Shown: positions 28,694-39,026, counted from the stretch's first letter. The stretch: DNA of 64,000 bases from Bacteriovoracia bacterium (GCA_050246755.1 JBFWVL010000003.1:160001-224000); one strand, 5' to 3'. The notes: generated from the letters alone by a model not told the origin. A program made the numbers and translations.

Positions 28694-29800
28694 ATGATCA
28701 TTGGCGTACCGAAAGAGATTAAGAATAACGAGAACCGCGTGGGCCTTACCCCCGGCGGAGTGAAAATGCTCGTAGACCGCGGCCACAAGCTGCTCGTGGA
28801 AACGAAAGCCGGCCAAGGCATCGGTGCCACCGATGAAGCCTACGCCAAAGCGGGCGCGAAGATCATCGATACCGCCAAAGAAGTTTGGGACGCGGCCGAA
28901 ATGGTGATCAAAGTAAAAGAGCCGATCCAGCCTGAATACGAGCGCATGAAGCCCGGCCTCATCCTCTACACTTACCTCCACCTCGCCGCCGAGCCCGAGC
29001 TCACCAAGCAGCTGATGGAGCGCAAAGTAAAAGCCGTTGCCTACGAAACCATTCAGCTCGACGATGGCTCCCTTCCTCTTCTTACCCCGATGAGCGAAGT
29101 GGCCGGACGCATGGCCACCCAAATCGGCGCCCGCTACCTCCAGAAGAACGAGGGCGGAAAAGGAATCCTCCTCTCCGGCGTTCCCGGCGTACGCCGCGGA
29201 AAAGTGACCATCCTCGGAGGTGGCGTGGCCGGCACGAACGCGGCCCACATCGCGATCGGCATGGGCGCCCAAGTTACGATCCTCGACATCAATATGCCCC
29301 GCCTCGTGTACCTCGACGATATTTTCAAAAATGCCGTGAACACCCTCTACTCCAATCCCGTGAACATCGAGAAGGCCGTGCGTGAAGCCGACCTCGTGAT
29401 CGGCACCGTGCTGATCGCCGGCGCGAAAGCCCCGAAGCTCGTTACCCGCGAGATGATCAAGCAGATGGAACCGAACTCGGTAGTGGCCGACGTTTCGATC
29501 GACCAAGGCGGTTGCATCGAAACCATCCGTCCCACTTCGCACTCGGATCCGATCTTCCGCGAAGAAAACGTGATCCACTACGGCGTAACGAATATGCCCG
29601 GCGCCGTGGCCCAAACCTCCACCTACGCCCTCACGAACCGCACCCTGAAGTACGCGATGCTCCTCGCCGACCACGGCTTCGAAAAAGCCATTGGCATGGA
29701 CAAGGCGCTCTACAAAGGCGTGAACGTGCTCAACGGCAAAGTGGCTTACAAGCAAGTGGCCGACGACCTCAATCTTCCCTACGAAGCCGCGAAGATCTAA
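28694..29800 (+). CDS. ald: Alanine dehydrogenase
   Basis: [33 protein letters not shown] and NMPGAV motifs. Confidence 0.98.
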   Translation: MIIGVPKEIKNNENRVGLTPGGVKMLVDRGHKLLVETKAGQGIGATDEAYAKAGAKIIDTAKEVWDAAEMVIKVKEPIQPEYERMKPGLILYTYLHLAAEPELTKQLMERKVKAVAYETIQLDDGSLPLLTPMSEVAGRMATQIGARYLQKNEGGKGILLSGVPGVRRGKVTILGGGVAGTNAAHIAIGMGAQVTILDINMPRLVYLDDIFKNAVNTLYSNPVNIEKAVREADLVIGTVLIAGAKAPKLVTREMIKQMEPNSVVADVSIDQGGCIETIRPTSHSDPIFREENVIHYGVTNMPGAVAQTSTYALTNRTLKYAMLLADHGFEKAIGMDKALYKGVNVLNGKVAYKQVADDLNLPYEAAKI

Positions 29801-29813
29801 GAGATCCAAAAAC

Positions 29814-29849
29814 AAAAACCCGAACTACAAAACGTAGCTCGGGTTTTTT
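29814..29849 (+). terminator. Rho-independent terminator (probably bidirectional)
   Basis: AAAAACCCGAACTAC-loop-GTAGCTCGGGTTTTTT between convergent genes. Confidence 0.75.
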
Positions 29850-29906
29850 ATTGCCAAAAAAACGGCCGGGCGCCCCCAAGCGACCGGCCTATCCATCAAA
29901 GCAAAA

Positions 29907-30368
29907 TTAGTTTTTCTCGCGGCAGCCCGAAACTTCCACGTTGGAATAATTTTTCCCGGCGGCGGAGCAGTAAACACGCCCGTGAGAGCCGTCTCCGTTG
30001 AGCACTACGCTGGAGTAAAAAGTATAACGAGGAACTCCCATATACGCCTCGTCGCGCCCACAAGATTGGTTCACGTTATAAGAAATATTTCCGGGCAAAG
30101 AAGCTTTGCCGTAGCAATCCATGCCGGCTGGGATCTCTACTCCACACCCCACGGTGGGACTAACCAGCGCCGCATCGGCGTCCGACCACTGCACGGTAAG
30201 AAGGATACGCTTATCGTTCTCGTCCTGGGTCTTCTTTTCCACGCTGATCACGATTTCGCCGGCCTTCCCTTTATTGCCCCCCACGAGCTCGCGCCCCTGG
30301 CAAACCAAAGAGCTGGCGTTGGCGGTGAAAGGAACTAGGCATACTAGGGCGGTAAAAATGGCTTTCAT
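29907..30368 (-). CDS. Secreted Cys-rich hypothetical protein
   Basis: Signal peptide ending ANA; 6 Cys in the mature part. Confidence 0.8.
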   Translation of the reverse strand: MKAIFTALVCLVPFTANASSLVCQGRELVGGNKGKAGEIVISVEKKTQDENDKRILLTVQWSDADAALVSPTVGCGVEIPAGMDCYGKASLPGNISYNVNQSCGRDEAYMGVPRYTFYSSVVLNGDGSHGRVYCSAAGKNYSNVEVSGCREKN

Positions 30369-30497
30369 GAATTTCCCCGTAAAAATAGATTTTGGCAGTG
30401 ATAGCTTAAGGAATTATGCGCCGCAATAACTTTGTTTAGTCCCTTCGCCTTGCCTCCCCTCGCTTAAGTACGCAATACTAGTAGCCTAGGAGCACGA

Positions 30498-31052
30498 ATG
30501 GCCGACGAAAAAGCCGTGGAAAAAGAAGCCGTCCCCGAAGCCCCCGCGGGACCGAAGATGATCCTTGGCCTTCCGCTCCTGCAGTTCGTGTTCATCGCGG
30601 TGAACCTGCTCGTGATGGGCGGCGGCCTTGCCTTTATCATTCATGCTAGCCTGATTTATAAAAAACCCGCCATTACCGAAGATGCCGCGATCACCGAGAT
30701 CAAAAAGAAAGAGGCCGCCCGCCTCAAGCGCCTCGATGAGAGTGGGTTCTTCGTGGAGAACTACCAAGAAATGACGATCACCCTACGGGGCGAGCAGGGC
30801 GGAAAAACGCATTACGCCACCGTAGAAATGTCGCTGGTTTGCGGTTCGGAGAACTGCATTGCCCAGCTCAAGGAGAACCGGGCGAAGGTGGAAGATACCG
30901 TGCAGACCGTGATGGGCTCCCGCTCCTATACCGAACTCGGGTCCCTCGAAGTGAAGTTCCGGGTAAAACACGAGATCATGGGAAAAGTGAATACCTTCCT
31001 CGTGGACACGGCCGTGACCGACGTGCTTTTCACGAACCTCTTGATCCAATAA
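30498..31052 (+). CDS. fliL: Flagellar basal-body-associated FliL-family protein
   Basis: One TM segment, then MTITLRG, and C-terminal VTDVLFTNLLIQ. Confidence 0.85.
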   Translation: MADEKAVEKEAVPEAPAGPKMILGLPLLQFVFIAVNLLVMGGGLAFIIHASLIYKKPAITEDAAITEIKKKEAARLKRLDESGFFVENYQEMTITLRGEQGGKTHYATVEMSLVCGSENCIAQLKENRAKVEDTVQTVMGSRSYTELGSLEVKFRVKHEIMGKVNTFLVDTAVTDVLFTNLLIQ

Positions 31053-31077
31053 AAAAAGCCAGGCTTGGGGCCTGGCT
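31051..31077 (-). terminator. Rho-independent terminator
   Basis: AGCCAGGC-TTGGG-GCCTGGCT stem with an A7 run on the left (U-tract on the minus strand). Confidence 0.65.
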
Positions 31078-31100
31078 CTCTTCTTCGCTCTAAATAAGAA

Positions 31101-31382
31101 CTATTGCTCGAAAGAACGGTTCGCGTCGTCGGAATCGAATTCCATGTCTTCGATATTACGGCGGGCAGGGGCGTCGAGGCTCGGGAGGCCGCGGGCGATA
31201 TGCACCGGGTTGTCCTTGGCGTTGATCTCATCCACGTTCACGAATTGGCCGCGATCAGCAACGTCTTCCAGCCCCTTGGAAGATTGCTCGTAGGCTTTGC
31301 GGTCCATTTTACCGAACAAACGGGCGCGCTCGATTACGCGAACATCCATCTTCTTCTCTTCGTGTGCTTCAAAAAGTCCCAT
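31101..31382 (-). CDS. Hypothetical protein
   Basis: AAGGA RBS before ATG 31382; DVRVIER...YEQ...LED motif. Confidence 0.7.
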   Translation of the reverse strand: MGLFEAHEEKKMDVRVIERARLFGKMDRKAYEQSSKGLEDVADRGQFVNVDEINAKDNPVHIARGLPSLDAPARRNIEDMEFDSDDANRSFEQ

Positions 31383-31441
31383 AGTAAATCCTTTCGTGGC
31401 AGTGCTGAGCCACAAGGGTTACCACGAGGGGCGATTCCCCG

Positions 31442-32167
31442 TCAATTCCAGGTCTTAGGGTCCTCGTCGTCGTCTTCCCCGCGAATGAGACGCAAATGGT
31501 TGGATTTTTTGAGGCGTTTCTTGCGCTCGCCCCCACCGCTCGCCTGATTTTTAGCGCGCTGCCGCCATTGCGCCATGGCCATGAGGAAGAGAAAACCGAA
31601 TACGAAGCCGCCGAGGTGGGCGGTATGGGCCACTCCATCCTTGCTGTAAAAAACGCTGGAAATGAGCTCAATCCCGCCCAGAAGCATCACAAAGTATTTG
31701 GCGGGCATGGGAAAAAGCATGAAGAAATACATCTGCCGCTCCCCGAAAAGGATCCCGTAAGCAAGGAGGAGCCCGTAGACCACGCCCGAGGAGCCCACCA
31801 TGGGCACGTAGGGGCTGGTACCAAGGGACGCCAGACTGAACACACCGTAAACAATGGCTCCACCGAGGGCGGCCACGAAGCAGTAAGAAAGAAAGGTCTT
31901 TACGCCCCAGAGTCCTTCAAGCTCGGAGCCGACCGTCCAAATAACCAGGAGGTTAAAGAGGAGATGAAAAAGGCCGGAGTGCAAAAAAGCATAGGTCACG
32001 AGCTGCCAAAGCCAGCCGCTCAGGAGGCGGGCGGGCACGAAACCAAGGTATTCCGAGAGCCGGATCCCGGCTCCCGCCTCGAGAGTTAGCTGGAGCACGA
32101 AGATCACCGCCGAAAGGATAAGCAGAACCTTAACCACAGGGGTCATGCGGGGGGTGGCTAGCTGCAT
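31442..32167 (-). CDS. Rhomboid family intramembrane serine protease
   Basis: WQLVTYAFLH, HLLFN, GSSG and AHLGG motifs; start uncertain (ATG 32167 or GTG 32182). Confidence 0.92.
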   Translation of the reverse strand: MQLATPRMTPVVKVLLILSAVIFVLQLTLEAGAGIRLSEYLGFVPARLLSGWLWQLVTYAFLHSGLFHLLFNLLVIWTVGSELEGLWGVKTFLSYCFVAALGGAIVYGVFSLASLGTSPYVPMVGSSGVVYGLLLAYGILFGERQMYFFMLFPMPAKYFVMLLGGIELISSVFYSKDGVAHTAHLGGFVFGFLFLMAMAQWRQRAKNQASGGGERKKRLKKSNHLRLIRGEDDDEDPKTWN

Positions 32168-32386
32168 CTGGGATCTATTCACGAGTGAAAGTGTAGCAGC
32201 AGAAGGGCAAAGGGGCATAGGGGCAGAGAGGCAAAAGGGCGGAGGGAAAAGGAGCAAATGATAAGTCCGGCTTGCCATGGCGCGCAACGTGGGAATCGGT
32301 AGAACTAGGGAAATCTCGATCATGCCCTAACACCTGTCTACTACGCAGACAGCTTCCCCGCTCCCCAAATTAGGGCCTCGGAACGC

Positions 32387-32399
32387 TAACTCGTTGATT
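32387..32399. promoter_or_regulatory. IHF-like binding site
   Basis: TAACTCGTTGATT matches YAA-N4-TTGATW, about 30 bp upstream of the sigma54 promoter. Confidence 0.55.
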
Positions 32400-32427
32400 T
32401 TACTTAAATTATAAACATAACGCAATA

Positions 32428-32443
32428 TGGCATACTCGATGCA
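32428..32443 (+). promoter_or_regulatory. sigma54 (-24/-12) promoter
   Basis: TGGCATACTCGATGCA fits GG-N10-GC. Confidence 0.65.
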
Positions 32444-32523
32444 CATAGGCGGTCGAACTCGTTAAGCCCGCACAGCACGAGTTGGTTGCAGTTCAGTGGT
32501 GCCAGTGATCGCAAAGGAACTAT

Positions 32524-32862
32524 ATGTTGGAACGCAGAAACTCGGATCGCGCCTCGCTACGGCTAGTAAACGCTAAGGAAATGAACGGTGAGTACCTCTT
32601 CACCTATAGAGCCAAAGATTTCAGCGAAGACGGAATTTTCTTAGAAAACAAATTCTGTGTAAGCACCCAGGAGCCCTACTCCAAGATCTCTTTCACCCTG
32701 CCCAATGGCGTGCGCTTGAATAACCTCACCGCCCGCATCATCCGCGAAGAGCGCAAAGGCGCCTCCAAAGGCTGCGCCTACGAATTCCTCAACCTCAGTG
32801 AAGAAAACCGCATCGCCCTCAAAAAATTCTTCATCGAACACACCCTCCGCGGGACTGGATAA
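32524..32862 (+). CDS. Stand-alone PilZ domain protein
   Basis: RRNSDR (RxxxR) and DFSEDG (DxSxxG) c-di-GMP-binding motifs. Confidence 0.88.
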   Translation: MLERRNSDRASLRLVNAKEMNGEYLFTYRAKDFSEDGIFLENKFCVSTQEPYSKISFTLPNGVRLNNLTARIIREERKGASKGCAYEFLNLSEENRIALKKFFIEHTLRGTG

Positions 32863-32865
32863 TTT

Positions 32866-33201
32866 ATGAAAACCCTCATCCTCGCTCTCTCCCTTCTCAC
32901 CATTAACGCCGAAGCCGCCATCCCTAAGCGCGTAGAGCTCACCACCCAGAGCTGGTGCACGAAACGCCCCTCGGAAGACCGCATGGACAAGATCATGTTC
33001 AAGAACGACGGCAAGGTGACGATCCATACCTTCCACAGCACCGGCGACGTAGACCAAGTGACGACCGGCAACTGGAAGCTGAATCACGACAAGCTGAATA
33101 TCACGATGAAGAATCGCCCCTCGAATCTCTCCGTGGCGATCAGCGCAGACGGATCGAACCTGCAATTTTCGACCGGCGCAAAAGCCGTGGCCTGCGAGTA
33201 A
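32866..33201 (+). CDS. Secreted hypothetical protein (small beta-rich)
   Basis: Signal peptide, Cys pair, TGNWKL motif. Confidence 0.8.
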   Translation: MKTLILALSLLTINAEAAIPKRVELTTQSWCTKRPSEDRMDKIMFKNDGKVTIHTFHSTGDVDQVTTGNWKLNHDKLNITMKNRPSNLSVAISADGSNLQFSTGAKAVACE

Positions 33202-33627
33202 CTACTCCCCGTAGGGATACGTCTTCTCGCTGAGCTCGAGCAGAACGCCGCCGGTGGTGGCGGGATGAATGAAGTTCACCAGGCAACGGTGCGCCCCGGG
33301 CTTGGCCGCGGGGTATACCATTTTAAATCCCGCCTGAATGAACTGCGCCGAAACGGCTTCGATATCTTCCACCCTAAAGCTGAGGTGATGGATCCCGTCA
33401 CGCCCGCTTTTTTCCAAAAACTTCCCGATCACGGAATCCTTCTCCGTGGGCTTCAATAATTCGATATTCCCCGGCTGCACGGGAAGTGGGATCCAATCGG
33501 TATCCACCTTCTCGCGCTCCACGGTCTCCGATCCCGTCACGGGAAGCCCGAGGATCGCCAGCGCCTCCGCGAGGCGGGAATCGGGGCGGACGGCGATGCC
33601 GATATGGTCGAGGATGGCGGGCTTCAT
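33202..33627 (-). CDS. mce: Methylmalonyl-CoA epimerase (VOC family)
   Basis: DHIGIAV, IELLKP, GIHHLSF and FIHP..TGGVLLEL motifs. Confidence 0.85.
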   Translation of the reverse strand: MKPAILDHIGIAVRPDSRLAEALAILGLPVTGSETVEREKVDTDWIPLPVQPGNIELLKPTEKDSVIGKFLEKSGRDGIHHLSFRVEDIEAVSAQFIQAGFKMVYPAAKPGAHRCLVNFIHPATTGGVLLELSEKTYPYGE

Positions 33628-34572
33628 CTAGTCTCGCGCCGCCAGCTCTTTGAATTTCTGCTGCAGCTTCTCGGCCGATAATCCATACGCCTCGTAGAGA
33701 GCCTCGGGGGTTCCGCTCTGGCCGAAATCGTTCACGCCCACGCGGTGGAGCTTGCCGTGGCCTTGCTCGGCGAGGAATTCCGCGATCGCGCCGCCCAAGC
33801 CCCCGGTGATGTAGTGGTCTTCCACGGTGATGAATTTCTTGTGGCGCTTGCAGGCTTCCCGGAGGAAGGCCACGTCGAGGGGCTTGATCGAAGAAACGTT
33901 GGCCACTTCGAAGGAGAGCCCCTGCTTCTCGAGCGCTTCGGCGGCCTCGAGGGAATTGCCCACCACCCCGCCGGTGGCGAGAATGAGGCCCGTGGATCCG
34001 GTTTTCACTTGGTGAATTTTTCCGATCGCGAATTTGGTATCGGCCGCGTGCACGCGCGGAACATTCTGGCGCGTGAGGCGGAGGTAGGCGGGGTGCGGGT
34101 AGCGCACGAGCTCTTCCACCATCGCAGCAGTTTCAAGATCGTCGGCGGGCTGAAGCACGGCCATTTCGGGCAACGCGCGCAAGCACGCGATATCCTCGAG
34201 GGCCATCTGGGAGTGCCCATCTTCCCCAATACCCACGCCGGCGTGGGTGCCCACGATGCGCACATTCGCGCGGGCGTAAGAAACCGACATACGGATCTGG
34301 TCGAAGCGGCCGGTCACGAAGGCTCCGAAGCTGCAGATGAAGGGAATTTTTCCGTTGAGCGCCATGCCGGCTCCCACGCCGATCATATTGGCTTCCGAGA
34401 TCCCCATCTCGAAGAACCGGTCCGGAAATTTTTTGGCGAAGAGCTCACTTTTGGTGGATTTTGCGAGGTCGGCGTCGAGCACTACGATCTCGGGATGCTT
34501 TTCCCCCACTTTGGCGAGGGCTTCCCCAAAAGCTTGGCGGGTAGCAACGGGTTTTACGTTTCTGTCGATCAT
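33628..34572 (-). CDS. Transketolase, C-terminal subunit
   Basis: LDADLAKST, GISEANM, GEDGHSQ and VEDH motifs. Confidence 0.93.
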   Translation of the reverse strand: MIDRNVKPVATRQAFGEALAKVGEKHPEIVVLDADLAKSTKSELFAKKFPDRFFEMGISEANMIGVGAGMALNGKIPFICSFGAFVTGRFDQIRMSVSYARANVRIVGTHAGVGIGEDGHSQMALEDIACLRALPEMAVLQPADDLETAAMVEELVRYPHPAYLRLTRQNVPRVHAADTKFAIGKIHQVKTGSTGLILATGGVVGNSLEAAEALEKQGLSFEVANVSSIKPLDVAFLREACKRHKKFITVEDHYITGGLGGAIAEFLAEQGHGKLHRVGVNDFGQSGTPEALYEAYGLSAEKLQQKFKELAARD

Positions 34573-35426
34573 TTGCTGCCTTTCAGGATTTCCGCAATGG
34601 CTTTATCCATTTGTTCTTTCGAGGGAGCGCTTCCATGCCAGGCGTTCTTGCCCTCTTCCATGAACTGCACGCCTTTGCCTTTGAGCGTATCAGCCACGAT
34701 CATGGTGGGTTTGCCGGTTTTGGCTTTGGCGTTGGCTTTTGCTTTTTCCACCGCGCCGATGATGGCATTGAGGTCATGGCCGTCGATCGTGATCACGTTC
34801 CAGCCGAACGCCACGAATTTATCGGCGATGGGCTCCACGTTCATCACGTCTTTCACTTGCCCATCGATCTGGCCTTTATTCCAGTCCACGATCGCGCAGA
34901 GATGATCCAGCTTGTGCATCGGCACCGAGAGAGCCGCTTCCCAAACTTGGCCTTCCTGGATTTCTCCGTCGCCCATGATGCAATAAACCATCGAGTCGAT
35001 TTTATCCAAGCGCATGGCGAGGGCGGCGCCCTGCGCGATCGAGAGGCCCTGGCCGAGGCTGCCGGTGCTGGCTTCGATGCCGGGCAAGCGGGCACGATCG
35101 GGGTGGCCCTGCAAACGGGATCCAAGCTGGCGAAAAGAAGCGAGCTCCGATTCGGGAAAATACCCGCTCATCGCCATCGCCGCGTACTGGGCGGGAACTC
35201 CGTGGCCCTTGCTGAGGATGAAACGGTCGCGCTCCTTCCAGCCGGGATTTTTTGGGTCATGCTTCAGCAATTTGAAGTAAAGCGCGGTCACCAACTCAGC
35301 AAGCGAAAGGCTGCCGCCGGGATGCCCGTTTCCCGCTTTGAAGATCATCTCGAGGGAGAGAACGCGCAGGCGCTGGGCGAGGGTTTTGAGTTCGTCTAGG
35401 GTGGCTTCGGGTTTAGGGAATGGCAT
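34569..35426 (-). CDS. Transketolase, N-terminal subunit
   Basis: GHPGGSLS, DRFILSKGH, TGSLGQG and GDGEIQEG motifs. Confidence 0.95.
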   Translation of the reverse strand: MPFPKPEATLDELKTLAQRLRVLSLEMIFKAGNGHPGGSLSLAELVTALYFKLLKHDPKNPGWKERDRFILSKGHGVPAQYAAMAMSGYFPESELASFRQLGSRLQGHPDRARLPGIEASTGSLGQGLSIAQGAALAMRLDKIDSMVYCIMGDGEIQEGQVWEAALSVPMHKLDHLCAIVDWNKGQIDGQVKDVMNVEPIADKFVAFGWNVITIDGHDLNAIIGAVEKAKANAKAKTGKPTMIVADTLKGKGVQFMEEGKNAWHGSAPSKEQMDKAIAEILKGSK

Positions 35427-35534
35427 GAGAATTATGTACCATGATCCTCACTTAATGCATCACGGCAACGAATCCAATCTTCCTAGAGTTTTTTTTGACT
35501 CGAAGCCCCGACGAAAATCCGCTACCTTCCCTCC

Positions 35535-36152
35535 ATGATTTTCTTCCGTCTCCTCGAAGTTCTGGCGCTCGGCTTCCTCTGCGGACTCATTCCCGGCCCT
35601 GTGGTGACAGCTATTTTCACCGAAACCATCCGTAAAGGCTGGCTCAGCGCGAGACGAATCGTGCTCTGGGCGGCGGCCGGAGAAGTGGTGATGTCGGTGG
35701 TTTGCGTGGCAGCACTTTCTTTCGTGGATCCCCGCTCCGTGATCTTTTCGGTGCTCTCGATGTTCGGAGCCCTGATTCTCTTGAGCCTCGCCTGGGATCT
35801 CTGGCGCGTGGAGGAAATCGCCGAGGAAGAGCCTCTCTTCTCGCGGCGGCGTGTTTTCTTTCTCGCCCTCGTGAACGGCATGGCGTGGATTTTCTGGATC
35901 ACCGTATGCACGCCGCAAGCGATCGCCCTCGGCACGGAATTCCGCGGCGGCGAGTGGGTATTCATCGTGATCTTCGAAATCGGCTGGCTCGCCTCCACTC
36001 TGCTGCTGAGTTACTTGTTTGGATTTTTCCGTCCCTTTTTCCAGAGCAATAACCGACTCCACCTACTTTACCGGGGGATCGCGCTGCTCTTTCTCTTTTT
36101 TGCCCTGAAACTCGCTACCGGAAGTGCCCGCTCGCTGCTAGACTGGGGCTAG
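35535..36152 (+). CDS. LysE-family translocator
   Basis: GLIPGP motif, about 6 TM segments, 205 aa. Confidence 0.8.
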   Translation: MIFFRLLEVLALGFLCGLIPGPVVTAIFTETIRKGWLSARRIVLWAAAGEVVMSVVCVAALSFVDPRSVIFSVLSMFGALILLSLAWDLWRVEEIAEEEPLFSRRRVFFLALVNGMAWIFWITVCTPQAIALGTEFRGGEWVFIVIFEIGWLASTLLLSYLFGFFRPFFQSNNRLHLLYRGIALLFLFFALKLATGSARSLLDWG

Positions 36153-37232
36153 ATGCTCAGGTCGCGCGCATTCCTAGAAGCAGCCCTCGCCGAGAAACAG
36201 GCCAGCGGAGTCGCTTTCCTCCTCCGGCGCCCCAACCAAAATGATTTAGAAATGTATTTGGGCAGCCACGCCCATGAAAATCAGGGCGCCCTGATTCGCC
36301 CCGTGGCCGAAGATTCCCTCTTCGACCTCGCCTCCCTCTCCAAGATTCTCGCCACCACCTGTTTGCTGTTCGGCGCCGAATCCGAAGGCAAATTCGCCTG
36401 GACGGATCCGGTACGCAAATACTTTAGCGATTTCCCCTCCGGCGAGACCACGATCCTTTCCCTCCTCGCCCATCGCTCCGGGCTCCCCGCCAACCAGGAT
36501 TTCTTCCGCCGCTTCGAACCGCTTGCCCCCGGGGGCGTCCGCCCCGGCGACCAGCGCGTCCTGCTTTCCTGGATCTGCGAAGCTAAGCTCGTGGAGCCCG
36601 GCAAGCAGGTCTATTCCGACCTCGGCTTTATGCTGCTCGGCCTTTTGCTCGAGAGCCTCTACGGAAAATCCCTGCCCGAGCTTTTTCACGAGCGCATCGT
36701 ATCGCGCTTAAAATTGGAGAACGCGGGCTACGTTACCCTGCCCCACGCGCCCGCTCCCGCACGGATGTTCGGCCTGCTCGCACCGGTATCCCGCTTCGTG
36801 GCCACCGAGCACTGCCCGTGGCGCAAGAAAACGCTGCAGGGAGAAGTGCACGACGATAATGCCTGGGCCCTCGGTGGCTACGGCGGCCACGCGGGACTAT
36901 TCGCCAACGCCCGCGATACCGCCGCCCTCTGGGAGCATTTACGTCGGCAAGTGCAGGCCTCGCCGGAATTTCTCCGGTTAGCGCCCGAAGGACCCGGCAG
37001 CTTTTGTTTCGGCTTCATGACCTACCCGGGACTTAGGCCCTTTTCCGGCGAGGCCTTCGCTGGCGCTCGTGGGCACACAGGTTTTACCGGCACCAGCCTT
37101 TGGTTCCACGAGCCCAGCGGCACTCTCGCCATCCTTCTGGCCAACCGGGTGCATCCATCGCGCAACGACGATCGCTGGATCCAAACCCGCCTTGAGTTCC
37201 ATAAGCTGCTATGGGATGAAGCGGGGCTATGA
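36153..37232 (+). CDS. Serine hydrolase (beta-lactamase/AmpC family)
   Basis: FDLASLSK (SxxK), YSD, GEVHDDNA and GHTGFTG motifs. Confidence 0.9.
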   Translation: MLRSRAFLEAALAEKQASGVAFLLRRPNQNDLEMYLGSHAHENQGALIRPVAEDSLFDLASLSKILATTCLLFGAESEGKFAWTDPVRKYFSDFPSGETTILSLLAHRSGLPANQDFFRRFEPLAPGGVRPGDQRVLLSWICEAKLVEPGKQVYSDLGFMLLGLLLESLYGKSLPELFHERIVSRLKLENAGYVTLPHAPAPARMFGLLAPVSRFVATEHCPWRKKTLQGEVHDDNAWALGGYGGHAGLFANARDTAALWEHLRRQVQASPEFLRLAPEGPGSFCFGFMTYPGLRPFSGEAFAGARGHTGFTGTSLWFHEPSGTLAILLANRVHPSRNDDRWIQTRLEFHKLLWDEAGL

Positions 37233-38203
37233 GCCCATCCGAACTTTCGGTCTTTGTGAAGGCACGCGCCGCGGACTTGGGCTTTCACTTGTCCGGCATT
37301 ACCGGCCCCCTTGCCCGCAAAAATACCGAGTTCTACGACTGGTGGGTTGATTCGGGTTTCGGCGCCGGAATGTTTTTCCTAAAAACCCAGAAGGCCCGCC
37401 GCAAAAGCATCGAGCAGATTTTGCCAGGGGCTCGGTCCGTGATCGTATGCGCCCTGCGCTTTCCGGGCTCCTTTGATCCTCCTCCGGCCGACGTGAAGGA
37501 ACGTCCCTACGGGAAAATCGCCCGCTACGCTTTGCACGAAGACTATCATGGGCGTTTGAAGCCTTTGCTGGAGGAGCTTGCGCGAGAAGTGGATGCCGCT
37601 GCTGGCACCACCGGATCCCTCGCTTACGTGGATACCGGCGCAATTTCGGAGCGGGCTTTTGCTCAGGCCGCCGGGCTAGGCTGGGTAGGGAAAAACTCTT
37701 TGCTGCTGAATGAGCAGGAGGGCTCTTGGTTCTGGTTAGGCGAAGTGATTACCAGAGCTAGCTTGGAATTCGACTCCCCGATGACCGCCGACCGCTGCGG
37801 CACCTGCCGGCGCTGCCTCGACGCCTGCCCTACCGGCGCCATTCTGGAAGAGATCCGGGCAGTGGATTCCCGCAAGTGCTTGTCCTACTGGAATATCGAG
37901 CACCGCGGGCCTATGCCGCTCGAGCTGCAAAAGCCGATGGGCGATTGGTTGCTGGGCTGCGATATATGCCAGGAAGTTTGTCCGTGGAATGGACACGCCG
38001 CACGAAACTCCCGCGCCGAGGAAGGGGCACCACCGGTGGAGTATGTGCCGGTGGAGGAGATCCTGGCGTTGAGCGCGGAGGAGTTTAAAGCGCGCTATCG
38101 TTCGCGGGCCGTGAGCCGCGCCAAGCACGAGGGGCTGCGCCGGAACGCGGAGATCGTGAAGAAAAACTTTGTGGCGGAACTTTTGATAAAAGAGCCTAAA
38201 TAG
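37229..38203 (+). CDS. queG: Epoxyqueuosine reductase
   Basis: IARYA, DYH, YVDTG, CGTCRRCLDACPT and GCDICQEVCPWN motifs. Confidence 0.95.
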   Translation: MSPSELSVFVKARAADLGFHLSGITGPLARKNTEFYDWWVDSGFGAGMFFLKTQKARRKSIEQILPGARSVIVCALRFPGSFDPPPADVKERPYGKIARYALHEDYHGRLKPLLEELAREVDAAAGTTGSLAYVDTGAISERAFAQAAGLGWVGKNSLLLNEQEGSWFWLGEVITRASLEFDSPMTADRCGTCRRCLDACPTGAILEEIRAVDSRKCLSYWNIEHRGPMPLELQKPMGDWLLGCDICQEVCPWNGHAARNSRAEEGAPPVEYVPVEEILALSAEEFKARYRSRAVSRAKHEGLRRNAEIVKKNFVAELLIKEPK

Positions 38204-38312
38204 CTGCTTTTAAAAAACTTTCACCCTTCTTACAGATTGAGTAAAAGCTTATACTTTTTACATCCGACGCCGGAGGTGAAAAAGTCCGAATCGGCCATAC
38301 CCACTGCGTCAT

Positions 38313-38348
38313 AAAAAACCGAACCCTCCTCGCGGAAAGTTCGGTTTT
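38313..38348 (-). terminator. Rho-independent terminator for bolA-grxD
   Basis: AAAAAACCGAAC...GTTCGGTTTT inverted repeat. Confidence 0.7.
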
Positions 38349-38368
38349 CTTTGCCGGCAAGAACCAGC

Positions 38369-38677
38369 TTAGTTCTTCAGCATGCCTTGCAGTTCGCCGC
38401 TCTCGTAGAGCTCGCAGATGATATCGCAGCCGCCCACGAACTCGCCCTTCACGTAGATTTGGGGAGAGGTCGGCCACTGGTTGATCTTCTTGAGCTCTTC
38501 GAACAGGCTCATGTCTTCGAGGATATTGAAGGCGGCGAAATCGGCGCCGGCGGCCTTCAGCACTTCCACCGAGCGGGCGGAGAATCCGCACATCGGCATA
38601 TTGGGCGTGCCCTTCATATAGATGAATACGGGCTTGGATTTAATTTGTTCTTCGATTTTGGTTTTGTAGTCGGCCAT
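38369..38677 (-). CDS. grxD: Monothiol glutaredoxin Grx4
   Basis: MKGTP..PMCGFS, WPT.PQ and GGCDI motifs. Confidence 0.95.
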   Translation of the reverse strand: MADYKTKIEEQIKSKPVFIYMKGTPNMPMCGFSARSVEVLKAAGADFAAFNILEDMSLFEELKKINQWPTSPQIYVKGEFVGGCDIICELYESGELQGMLKN

Positions 38678-38691
38678 GTTCGTCTCCTAAA

Positions 38692-38934
38692 TTAGAGTTT
38701 TTCGAATTGTTCGGGGGTAAGCGTTTTCACGGTGAGCGCGTGTACGTCGTTGGAATTGATCTCGTCCACAAAAAGATCGAGCACCAATTTATGCTGTTTG
38801 AGCAAAGGCAGGCCGGCAAAGGCCTTCGAAACCACGATCGCGCGGATATGATCGCCCCCGCCGAGATCGATGATCTGCACGTGGGTAGTGGGAAGATTCG
38901 TTTCGATCCTCTCCTTGATTTTGTCTAGCGTCAT
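38692..38934 (-). CDS. BolA/IbaG family protein
   Basis: GGDH, IVVSKAF, QHKLV and VHAL motifs; adjacent to grxD; start moved to ATG 38934. Confidence 0.92.
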   Translation of the reverse strand: MTLDKIKERIETNLPTTHVQIIDLGGGDHIRAIVVSKAFAGLPLLKQHKLVLDLFVDEINSNDVHALTVKTLTPEQFEKL

Positions 38935-39026
38935 GGAGGCCAACTTATCCGATTTCACTCGCGATCCGCAAGACCGAAGAAGCGGAGTGTTAACGTAAAG
39001 CTTTAGATCGGTGGTAGGCAAAGGAC

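Noticed and set aside
32445-32523. c-di-GMP/cGAMP riboswitch in the PilZ leader
   Set aside because: Only one short stem; the GEMM-I and c-di-GMP-II consensus elements are not recognisable by eye.
36153-37232. True beta-lactamase / resistance gene
   Set aside because: No signal peptide, and the GEVHDDNA motif indicates the esterase/amidase-like subgroup.
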